Assembly: GCA_044222365.1 (NCBI GenBank)
Contig: JBGANH010000004.1
Location: forward strand, 1 to 35,491
From: Candidatus Eiseniibacteriota bacterium
GTDB taxonomy: Bacteria; Eisenbacteria; RBG-16-71-46
DNA: 35,491 bases
Direction: 5' to 3'
In this document: one piece after another, positions 23,001 through 31,100 of the stretch
How positions within the stretch are numbered: the first letter of the stretch is position 1
Layout: every line of letters starts with the position of its first letter
Notes under the pieces: model-generated
The model's database searches: none
Seen by the model: only the letters and a program-made list of their open reading frames with translations
What the model was told of the DNA's origin: nothing
Program-made: the position numbers and the translations under genes

Positions 23001-23383
23001 GGATCGCCGGCGACGGTGCCGCGGAAGCACACGACGTCCGGCGCGTACGCATGCGCTCCCGCGTCGTCGGTGTACGTGAGCGTCGCGCCCGGCGCGAGTA
23101 CGTCCACACGCGTGAGCGACAGCGTCAGCACGCTGCCGTCCGGCGCCGGTAGTTCGAGCGTGCCACCGTCACCGGAGCGGAACTCGGCGAGCGCCGCCTC
23201 GTCCACGCTCAGGTACGCGACGGACTCGCGCTGGGGCACGAGCCCCGTCGCGAGCGCCACGTCCGCGGTGCGGACGGGGCCCGTGGCGCGGACGAATGGC
23301 GAGGCGGCGTGTGCCGCGACCGTGAGGCTCGAGAGAGCGAGAGCGAGGAGCGAAAGCGAGACGAGCAACCGGCGCGACTTCAT
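20096..23383 (-). CDS. Secreted reprolysin-like (M12B) metzincin with FN3-like domain, FG-GAP/VCBS propeller, Ig-like domain and T9SS-CTD-like tail
   Basis: Signal peptide ending AAHA; prodomain FTCGV; AVDCDYE; GGIAYLNSLC; HELGHNFGSYH (HExxHxxGxxH); Met-turn GTIMSYCH; tail WPNPSRG...DLAGRRV...GMYVVRL...VAVLR. Confidence 0.9.
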   Translation of the reverse strand: MKSRRLLVSLSLLALALSSLTVAAHAASPFVRATGPVRTADVALATGLVPQRESVAYLSVDEAALAEFRSGDGGTLELPAPDGSVLTLSLTRVDVLAPGATLTYTDDAGAHAYAPDVVCFRGTVAGDPDGWAALTFTADGAIGAIEMHGEQLQLAPVAASLSGGRALHALAPAANLASAASTFTCGVNENTEAELDPAGPQPRLPRAATPNGVQIDAPRKAFTIAVDCDYELYTTFSSNLASATAYVVSLMNVVSLIYERDLEATLNVSYLNFWSTVSDPYTQATTSAQLPEFRSYWIANRSGVSRSLATLLSARPLGGGIAYLNSLCSGSLGYSVSAIDAAYSYPTNTSTWDASVVAHELGHNFGSYHTHSCNWQALGYLPANALIDSCQTSEEGCITPTPHVPPDKGTIMSYCHLLTGGQTNIRLDFHPICIDYMRQRINAAACATTPAPAPPRTPSIAAIPTGARVSWVAGGSTGVTGYSVWRSRTMLDAAPQYRGFTTGLTFDDTEMGTFYYKVRTVRAADSSGFSAEVKLNLCPLASSPNVSTGSAPIATATADLDHDGDADLVVANNGSTTVSVLRGNGNGTFAAGVTYTAAGTPACVAISDVDLDGHPDLLVGTQADSALWLLRGNGDGTFAAGVRTPLNAQPSGIAIADFDEDGANDLVVAGSLGGLLTLRGHTTAGVPDGTFEAPVTVPVSAQTRQVIVGDFNEDGIWDLATTASGLKVLLGQGALGVGNGTFGAAASYNAGGTPWDLASADFNLDGIADLAVANSGASSVSMFLGAGAAGVGNGSFPVSGTSVSVNSNPRGLVVTDWNGDGVPDLAVANSSTTAKTMSMLTGKGDGTFNAAVTSAANTKAWAIALGDFDGDGGADLAVVNNGTNTATIWRAGCGSAASLGVTAPAGGDTWIATQQRTIAWTRSANVTHAHVELSRDGGVTWQRLASSVPGTEWTWTVAGAGTSTARVRVVDAARQQVIGQSAADFTIVPASALAVDGEAAARFGVRAVWPNPSRGSLSVTFALPQGGAHATLELIDLAGRRVASRDLSALGAGVHSVALTGAGSGTDGATLRPGMYVVRLARPGTGGSAKVAVLR
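20730..21760 (-). repeat. Seven FG-GAP/VCBS Ca-binding protein repeats (boundaries approximate)
   Basis: DLDHDGDADL, DVDLDGHPDL, DFDEDGANDL, DFNEDGIWDL, DFNLDGIADL, DWNGDGVPDL, DFDGDGGADL, most followed by a GTF/GSF motif. Confidence 0.9.
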
Positions 23384-23387
23384 GCGA

Positions 23388-26039
23388 TCACCTCAGGATG
23401 CTGATCCTCCGGGACGTTTCGTCGGAACCCTGGATCAGGCGCAACAGGTAGACGCCGGGACGGATGCCGCCGCCGGCGGGGAGAACGAACTCGTGGGCGC
23501 CCGGTCCGGGCGTGCCCAACTCATAGGTGCGGACGAGCCGCCCCGTGATATCCAGCACTTCAATTCTCGCACGGTTCGTGCCCCGAAGGCGATACGCCAC
23601 CCGGACCGGCGCGGCCGCGCCACGGTCCACGGGGTTCGGGAACACGCCGGTGATGGCCAGCGAGGGCGGCGTGGGCCCGGCGGGCATGGTGACGGAAGCC
23701 TTTCCGTAGAAACGTTCTTCGCCGTCCACGACCACGCCGAGGCGGTACTCGTAGGTGGCTCCCACGACGACCGAAGTGTCCGTGAAGCTGGCCGCGCCGG
23801 CCGCGGGCGGCAGCGTCTCGCGGGCGCTCCAGGCGCCGCCCGGCAGGTTCCGGCGGTAGACCGTCGGCGTCACCGTCGTGGACGGCGTGAGCTGCCAGTT
23901 GACGAGCACCGTGCTGTCCGAGGTCGCCTGCGCCGTCGTGACGTCCGCGCGCAGCGCCGCGGCGACGAACGCCATGTAGGCGTTCGGGTCGCCGTCGCGG
24001 CCGTCCGCCCAGCAACCGGCGATGCCGCGGTCCCAGGCGGCGAGGCCGTTGTAGTCGCCCTGGTTCGGCTGGATGTTCGTGTTCACGATCGTCCATGCGG
24101 TCTGCGCGCTCGACAGCGCAGAGCCCGCTTGCCAGGTGGCGCCACCGTCGGACGAGGCCGAGAAGTAGGTGTGCGAGACCGCACCGCCGCTGCTGCTCGC
24201 GGAGTTGCGGAAGTCGAACCATTGCGTGAACACGTGGCCGTCCGGACTCACCGCGATCTCGGGGAGCCAGTCGTCATAGCCGCTCGGGCTGTCGCTCACG
24301 CGCACCGGGGCGCTCCAGAAGGCGCCCTTGTCGTCCGACCAGGACGTGAACACGTCGCGTTGGTCGCGCCCGCGTTCGATCGTCCGTGTCGCGGGGCCGG
24401 TGCGGATGCGGTAGCCGCCGAAGCCCGTCACCGGGAAGATGCGGAAGTAGTACGTGCCCGCGTTCGGCGCGGTGAAGGGATAGGCCGGTCCGAAGCCCGA
24501 AGTGATGTCGGTGGACGAGGCGAGCGCGTACGTGAGCCGTGACGATCCGTCCGGGCCGAACACGCGCATCGAGAACTGCATCCCCGCGGACATCGAATCG
24601 GCCATGAACACGATGGACTCGCCCGCGCTCAGCGTGACCTGGTACCAGTCCTCTTCCACGCCGCTCGTCGCGAGGTCGCCGCGCAGCGTCTGGCCGCTCA
24701 GGAACGCGTTCGCACCGGCGGGCGCGCCGTTCGGTTCGACTTCGCTGCGGTTGCCCGACAGCCCGATGCCCGTGAGGTCGTCGAACCAGTTGAGGCTCTC
24801 GGCCCACGTCAGGTGCAGCCGCCCGTCGTGGGCGCCACCGCTGTGATCCGCCGCGATCGAGGCAAACTGGATGCCCATCGCACGATTGAAGCCGGGTGCG
24901 CCGGTGGCGAAGTTCGGATAGAACGTGAGGATGGTCGTGGGCGCGGCGAACGACGCACCGAAGTTCACGGACTTCGCGATGCGGTAGGCGTCCACGTCCA
25001 CGAGACCGATCTTGTAGTACATCACGTAGACCGTTCCGTCGGGGCCGACCACCGGCCGCGAGCCCTGCACGAGGCCGCGTTCGTCGAGCGCGATGTTGTT
25101 CGAGTTGACCGACACGAGCACGGGCGTGCTCCACGACGTCAGCGCGCTGTCGGCGGCCTGGAAGTTGATCTCGCTCACGTTCGAGACGAAGCGGGTGTAG
25201 CTGAGGTAGACGCGCCCCGTGCCCGGATCCACCGCGATCCACTGCTTGTCGAGGAACTCGGAGGAGTAGTTCACGCTGCGCACGAGCGAGGGCGTCTGCC
25301 AGACGACGTTCGAGCCGCTGAAGCGGCCCTTCACCACGCCGATGCCGTTCGTGTTACCCGAGGGGCCGTCGGGATCGATGAGTGCCGAGAAGTAGAACGC
25401 GCCCGTGCGCGGGTTCACCGCGAGCACGGGGTCGCTGGTCCACGACCAGTTCGGCGATCCTGCGGGAATCGGGAACGTGCCGCGGTCGGTCCACGTCTGT
25501 CCTCCGTCGGCCGACGTGGCGTAGCCCTGGTACTGGTTCGAACCGTCGTGGAAGCCCTTGCCGTCGTTCCACGCGGCGATCAGGTACTGGTTCCACGCGA
25601 CGATGGACGTTTCGCACTGGCCGTCGCCCGCCGTGTCGCCGGTCGGGTTGTTGCAGCGCACGTTCGTGGGCGCGACCGCCGCCACGGCGGGCGCGGCGTC
25701 ACCGAACGCGCCCGGTCGCGGCGCGGCCGGCAGTGCTTCGGTGCGCCCGTCGGGTCGCGCCTTCTCACCGCCCACGCGCAGGCTCGTCTTGCCCGCGCGC
25801 TTCATCTGCTTCGCCAGCCGGCGCAGCTCGCGCTGGCGTTCGGCGAACTCCTTGCGCTCCTCGCGGCGTTCCATCGGTTCCAGCCCGAGCCGCAGCGCCT
25901 GCAGGCGCTTGATCGGCGCGAGGTGCTCGAACGTGCGGCCGGCAGCGGCAGCCGCCGGGGACGCGAAGGTCCCCACGCCGAGCGTGAACGCGAATGCCGC
26001 GGCGAGCGCGACGCATGAGCCTTTCCGGGTGCGCGGCAT
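23388..26039 (-). CDS. Secreted sialidase-fold/BNR propeller with inserted PPC-like domain, Ig-like domain and T9SS-CTD-like tail
   Basis: ATG 26039 with AAGGA RBS; signal peptide; SADGGQTW, SDPVLA, DKQWIAVD, EVEPNG...EEDWY, SSDGGATW, QGDY, WADGRDG; tail FPNP...DITGRLV...GVYLLRL...ISILR. Confidence 0.85.
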   Translation of the reverse strand: MPRTRKGSCVALAAAFAFTLGVGTFASPAAAAAGRTFEHLAPIKRLQALRLGLEPMERREERKEFAERQRELRRLAKQMKRAGKTSLRVGGEKARPDGRTEALPAAPRPGAFGDAAPAVAAVAPTNVRCNNPTGDTAGDGQCETSIVAWNQYLIAAWNDGKGFHDGSNQYQGYATSADGGQTWTDRGTFPIPAGSPNWSWTSDPVLAVNPRTGAFYFSALIDPDGPSGNTNGIGVVKGRFSGSNVVWQTPSLVRSVNYSSEFLDKQWIAVDPGTGRVYLSYTRFVSNVSEINFQAADSALTSWSTPVLVSVNSNNIALDERGLVQGSRPVVGPDGTVYVMYYKIGLVDVDAYRIAKSVNFGASFAAPTTILTFYPNFATGAPGFNRAMGIQFASIAADHSGGAHDGRLHLTWAESLNWFDDLTGIGLSGNRSEVEPNGAPAGANAFLSGQTLRGDLATSGVEEDWYQVTLSAGESIVFMADSMSAGMQFSMRVFGPDGSSRLTYALASSTDITSGFGPAYPFTAPNAGTYYFRIFPVTGFGGYRIRTGPATRTIERGRDQRDVFTSWSDDKGAFWSAPVRVSDSPSGYDDWLPEIAVSPDGHVFTQWFDFRNSASSSGGAVSHTYFSASSDGGATWQAGSALSSAQTAWTIVNTNIQPNQGDYNGLAAWDRGIAGCWADGRDGDPNAYMAFVAAALRADVTTAQATSDSTVLVNWQLTPSTTVTPTVYRRNLPGGAWSARETLPPAAGAASFTDTSVVVGATYEYRLGVVVDGEERFYGKASVTMPAGPTPPSLAITGVFPNPVDRGAAAPVRVAYRLRGTNRARIEVLDITGRLVRTYELGTPGPGAHEFVLPAGGGIRPGVYLLRLIQGSDETSRRISILR

Positions 26040-26088
26040 GGGAGTCCTTTCGGGGGTACTGCCTGCCCGGCGCCGGCGCGTCGGGGAG

Positions 26089-26565
26089 TTACTTATGCCA
26101 CGGCGCGACCATGAACCAGAGCAGCACGAGGAACACGAGCAACTGGACGGCGTTGCCGATCCGCCAGCGGTCGAGCGCGCCGGTGTAGCCGACGGGCTCG
26201 TTGGTGGCGCCGCCGTTCGCGGCCGCGCGCGCCTGCGCGGCGAGCCGCGAGCCCTGCGGCAGGTCCACCGCGAGCAGCACGAGCAGGTTCACCAGCCACA
26301 GCGCGTTCGCGATCTGGAACGAGCGCGTGTCCGCCATCCGGTAGCCGAGCGACATGCCGAGCAACTGCCCCAGCACGCCGGCGCCGATCAGCGAGCCGAG
26401 CGCGAACACGATCCCGAGGCGCCGGTTCAGCTCGAACAGCGCGGCGCGCTCGTTCCAGTTCGTGGTGCGACGGGCGGCCAGCGCGTTCCAGTGGGCGGCC
26501 ATGAGCGCGGCGACGTAGGTGAAGCCGAACAGTACGTGGAAGTACTCCACGAGGGGCAGTGGCAC
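26089..26565 (-). CDS. Small four-helix membrane protein (DUF2269-like)
   Basis: GTG start with AGGAG RBS; four hydrophobic segments; YFHVLFG near the N-terminus and LLWFMVAPW at the C-terminus. Confidence 0.6.
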   Translation of the reverse strand: MPLPLVEYFHVLFGFTYVAALMAAHWNALAARRTTNWNERAALFELNRRLGIVFALGSLIGAGVLGQLLGMSLGYRMADTRSFQIANALWLVNLLVLLAVDLPQGSRLAAQARAAANGGATNEPVGYTGALDRWRIGNAVQLLVFLVLLWFMVAPWHK

Positions 26566-26803
26566 GGGTGACGTCTCCTGGTGTTCCGGGAAGCGGGGGG
26601 AGTGTGGAGCGCTGCGGCGCCGCGGGAGTCTAGCCGCGCGCGCCGGGCAAGGGCCAGCGCAAGGCCCGGTTGCGGCCCCCCGGTGCGCGGGACCGCCCCA
26701 TTGGCAGGCGCGTTCCCCGGAAAGTACTTTCCCCTTCTACACCCGACCCGCCGGGATTGCTCCCGGCTCCTGTGACGACCCGCGAGATCCCGCGTCCCAT
26801 CTC

Positions 26804-27388
26804 ATGAGCACCGGTTCCGAAAGCCGCACCGACACCGAACTGCTGCGCGAGATCCGCCGCGAGCCCGGTTCCCCCGGAGCCCTCGCCGCGGGCAGCGAGC
26901 TGTTCGGCCGGTACCGGCTCAAGACCTATCAATGGTGCTTCCGGGTGGTGCGCGACCACGACACCGCGCTCGACCTGGCGCAGGACGCGCTGCTGTCGGC
27001 CTGGCGGGGACTCGCCGGGTTCGACGAGCGCTCGCAGTTCTCGTCGTGGCTGTTCGCGATCGTCCGCAACCGCTGCCTGACGGCGGTGCGCAAGCGCGTG
27101 AACGTCCGCGACGAATCGGTGGATCCGGACGACCTGCTCGCCGATGGGCGTGACCCGCTCGACGTGCTCGCCGACCGGCAGGAGGAAGGCGCGGTGCTGG
27201 AGGCCATCCGCGACGACCTCGAGCCCCTCGAGCAGGAAGCGTTGTGGCTGCGCGCCGTGGAGCGCATGCCGGTGGACGAAATCACGCGGGTGCTGCGCAT
27301 ACGTTCGGCTTCGGGCGCGCGGGGAGTGCTGCAGTCCGCGCGACGCAAGCTGAAGGCGCGATTCGGGTCGCGCAGGGAGGGCATGTGA
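26804..27388 (+). CDS. ECF RNA polymerase sigma-70 factor
   Basis: ATG 26804. TDTELL, LFGRYR, ALDLAQDALLSAWRGLAGFDERSQFSSWLFAIVRNRCL (region 2); EQEALWLR...DEITRVL...ARRKLK (region 4). Confidence 0.92.
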   Translation: MSTGSESRTDTELLREIRREPGSPGALAAGSELFGRYRLKTYQWCFRVVRDHDTALDLAQDALLSAWRGLAGFDERSQFSSWLFAIVRNRCLTAVRKRVNVRDESVDPDDLLADGRDPLDVLADRQEEGAVLEAIRDDLEPLEQEALWLRAVERMPVDEITRVLRIRSASGARGVLQSARRKLKARFGSRREGM

Positions 27389-28086
27389 CCAGGTCCCAGG
27401 GTTGTCCCGCCGAATCCGCGCTGCCCGCGCGCTTCGACGCGGGCGAGCCGGAAGTGCTCGCGCACGTGCAGGGGTGTCCTCGGTGCCGTGCGCTGATCGC
27501 GCAGCACCGGGCGTTCCTCGAGAACGAGGCCAACCCGGCGCCGACTCCGGCACAGCTGGCCGCTGCCGATGCGGCGCTGGCCGCCGCGCTCGAGCGTGAG
27601 ATGTCGGGTGGCCGCGCGCCGCAGCAGGTGACGGCCTCGCCGCGCTCGCTCGCGGACCCGCCGCGTGCGTCCTGGTGGCAGGCACTGTTCGCGCCCGCGC
27701 TGCGTCCGGCGTGGGGCTTCGCCGCCGTGCTGGTCGTGGCGGGCGGCCTGTATGCGACGCTGCGCCCGGTGGAGCGCGCCGAGGTGCGCGGTGACGCGAC
27801 GCAGGCCGAGGTCGTGACCACGCTCGCTCCGGTCGCGGGCGACGGTGTCGTGACGCTCGCGTGGGAGCCCGTCGCGGGCGCGGACGGCTACGACGTCGTG
27901 CTGCTCGCCACCGACCTGTCCGAACTCGGCGCGCCCCTGCACGTGCGCGAGCCGCGGCTCGAACTGCGCCGCGACGCGCTGCCCGCCGGCGTGACGAGCG
28001 GCGCGAAGCTGCTCTGGCAGGTCACCGCCCGCATCGGTGAGCGCGAGCTGTCGCACTCGGTCGCCGCGGAGTGCGTGGCGCCGTGA
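27385..28086 (+). CDS. Putative zinc-finger (zf-HC2/ZAS) transmembrane anti-sigma factor
   Basis: GTG 27385 overlaps the sigma stop (GTGA); GGAGG RBS; HVQGCPRC (HxxxCxxC); TM WGFAAVLVVAGGLYATL; FN3-like C-terminus (LAWEPVAGADGYDV...WQVTA). Confidence 0.8.
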   Translation: MTRSQGCPAESALPARFDAGEPEVLAHVQGCPRCRALIAQHRAFLENEANPAPTPAQLAAADAALAAALEREMSGGRAPQQVTASPRSLADPPRASWWQALFAPALRPAWGFAAVLVVAGGLYATLRPVERAEVRGDATQAEVVTTLAPVAGDGVVTLAWEPVAGADGYDVVLLATDLSELGAPLHVREPRLELRRDALPAGVTSGAKLLWQVTARIGERELSHSVAAECVAP

Positions 28087-28090
28087 CGCC

Positions 28091-28108
28091 ACTGGCAGCG
28101 CTGCCAGT
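28091..28108. other. Perfect 18-bp palindrome between convergent genes
   Basis: ACTGGCAGCGCTGCCAGT is its own reverse complement; lies 4 nt after the anti-sigma stop. Confidence 0.55.
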
Positions 28109-28155
28109 CCGCTGACGAAACCCGGACCGGCGGACGCAGTCGTGTTCGCGCGCCG

Positions 28156-31100
28156 CTACTGCACTCGCACGCGGTAGCTCACGCTGCCGCGGCCGCCGGG
28201 CGCGAGTGCGCCGGCGAGCGTCCAGGTCACGGTGCCGTTGGCGCCGACCGCGGGCTGCATGAGCGCGCAGCCGGTGATGCCGTCGGCGGCCGTGGCGCAC
28301 GTCGCGGAGTCGAACACCGTCCACGCCGGCGTGGCGTCGCGGATCACGAGGTTCGAGAGCGTGCCCGTGCCCGGGTTCTCGTAGGAAATCGTGTACACGA
28401 GATAGTCGCCGGGACGCGCGCTCGCCACGTCCACGGTCTTCGTGAGCACGAGGCCGCTCGCCAGCGTCACGGTGGTGACGTCCTGCAGCTGCTCGCCGGA
28501 CGACAGCGCCGGCGCGGCGTTCGCGTACGTGAAGCTCGCGGTCAGCGTCGCCTGTTCGCTCGCACCGGTGGGCGCGCCGGCGGGCGTCGCGTGCGTCGCG
28601 ATCACGCACACGCTCTGGCCCGCGGCGAGCGCGATGCTGCTCGCGGTCGAGAGCGCCGGTTCGCCGGCGTCGAGCACGCCGTCGCAGTCGAGGTCGCGGT
28701 GCAGCGTCATGCTCCAGCCCGCGAGCGCGGGCGTCGCGACGCCCGCGGAGGCGAAGCTCACCGCGCCGTCGCTCGCCGCCGTGAACGTGTGCGCGTAGCT
28801 CGTCGTGGCTCCGCTCGACACGGTGCGCGCACCGTTGGCGACCCAGGTGTTGCGCGGCACCTCGCCGAAGGCGAGGCCCTGGTATTCGCGGCCGGAGGCC
28901 GCGGTGAATGTGACGGCCGCCGCCGCGCGATCGTAGGTGCCGAAGCTGTCGCCCGCGCGTCCGCCGGTCGCGAGTGCGCCCACACCCACGGGCGCGACGA
29001 CGTTCACGTTCGCGCCGGCGAGCGTGTGCGGCAGCCACAGCGCGAACGCGCCGGCGCCGTCGGTGAGTGCGCTGTCGCAGGGCGCGGCGCCGCACGACGC
29101 GCTCGTCAGTCGCACGCGCGCACCCGCGATCGCCGACTCGGCGCCGGAGCGAGCGCCGTCGTGCGCGACGCCGCCACCGGCGCCGTCGTCGCGGAAGCGG
29201 ACGCCGCGCACGACGCTGCCGTGCCAGAGCCCGAACGTCGCGCCGCCCACATCGGTCGCCGCCACGTTCAGCGGTCCGCGCTCGCCGGTGGGCGCCTCGG
29301 TGCGCACCCAGCCCGCGGGTGCATCGGCGGTCGAGTCGGCGCCGTCGGCCGACGTGTCGAGCTTCACCACGTACGCGCCCGAGGCGACGAACGTGAACGC
29401 GAAAGCGCCGCTCGTGCCGTCCACCGCCGCGACCTGCGAAGCCGACGGCGAACCCACGGCGAACAGCTTCGCCCACAGCGCCGCGCCGGTGCCGCCCTCG
29501 CCCGCGTCGCGCTGCGCGTCGTGGTCGGCGTCGGCGTACGCCCAGCCGCCGACGCTCACGCCGGTGGTCACGGGCACGCCGCCCGAGAACTCGGACGTGC
29601 CGGTGCCCGTCACCGTCGCGGTCGCGGTGAGCACGACCGAAGCGGCGACGTGGGGCGGCGCGGGCATCGTGAAGCGGAAACGCCGCGTGTTGTCGGTGCC
29701 GGGGTTGATGCCGTTGTAGAGGCCGGAGTACGTGCTCGTCGTGCCGTCGAGGTCGGCGGCCGAGCCTTCCGTGACGCTCGCCACGTACGTGCGTCCTTCG
29801 CCGAAGCCGCTCGGGTCGCCGTCCGAGACGAACAGCTCGATCACGCTGCCGGGCCGCGCCCAGCCGCTCACGGTGAAGCTGCCGTTCGAGAGCACGGCGT
29901 AGTCCATCACGGGATGGTTGAGCAGCGCGTTGCCGCCCGCGTCGCCGTCGCCGTTGTCGTTGCGCGTCACGTACGGCGCGGTGCCGCGCGCGGCGTCGTC
30001 GGCCGCCGACTGCAGGTCGATGCCGACCTGGCCGCTCGCCGCGCCGCCGCCGTTGCCGGCCGCCGTGCCGTTGCCCCAGATCGAGTTGCGCGAGAGCACG
30101 TGGTTGCTCGCGCCGCTCGTCACCTGCACGCCCGCGCCCACGTGGAGCGCGATCTCGCAGCGCTGCACCGTGCCGCCCGCGCCGCCGAGCCGCACGCCCG
30201 CGGTCGCGGTGTTCGCCGCCGCGCCGAGGCCGCAGCGCCGCACGGTGACGTTGGTCAGCGTGAGCCCGCCGGTCGCCGTGCGCGCGTCCACGCCGTTGCC
30301 TTCGGACTCGCCGATCCAGCACGCGGTCACGCTCAGCGTGCCGCTCGCTTCGAGCGACACCGCGCCGCGCGCGCCGTTGCCGATCGCGACGCCGCGGATC
30401 TCGCTCGTCTGGATCGTCCAGCCGTTGCTCGCGCCCGCGAGCGTCACGGCGCTGCCCGCGGCGAAGCCGAGCAGCGAGCGCTGCACGAGGCCCGCGTCGC
30501 CGCCCGCGGCGCGCAGCAGGTCGCCGCCCGCGCGCGACGCCGCGCCCGAGTCGGCGAACGCGCGCGCCGTGGCGCCGAGCACCGCGTCCTCGAGCGTGAA
30601 GCCGTTCGCGCTCGCGCCCACGCGCACGCACGCGTCGTTCGCGCTGTTGACGGCGTTGCCGAAGCCCGAGCGCGCGCACGGTGACGCTTGCGCCCTGCAC
30701 GTCGAGCCCGATCGCGAGCGCGTTCGCGTCGCGCAGTTCGACTTCGGGCGCGGCGACGGCCGTGAGCGCGATCTCGTCCGTGCCCACCGTGGGCGCGGCG
30801 CCGAGCGCGCCGCCGTTCGTGTTGCCGACGTTCGCGGTCTGCGTGCCGCCGTCCACGCGCGTTCCCGCGTCGGTCAGCGCCGGCAGCGGCGTGAGCGGCA
30901 CGAAGCGCGCGACGCCGTTCACGAGCGCGTTCGCGAGTCCCGCGCGCAGGCCCGGATGCGCGAGCCCGTCGGGAACCATGAACACGCTGGTCTCGACGCC
31001 CGCGGGCAGGCCCGATTGCGCGAGGCCCGTGTTGGCGAGCGCGTTCGCGTTGAGCAGGAACTGTCGCAGCGTGCCCGCGCCCGCGTCGCGCGTGCTCACG

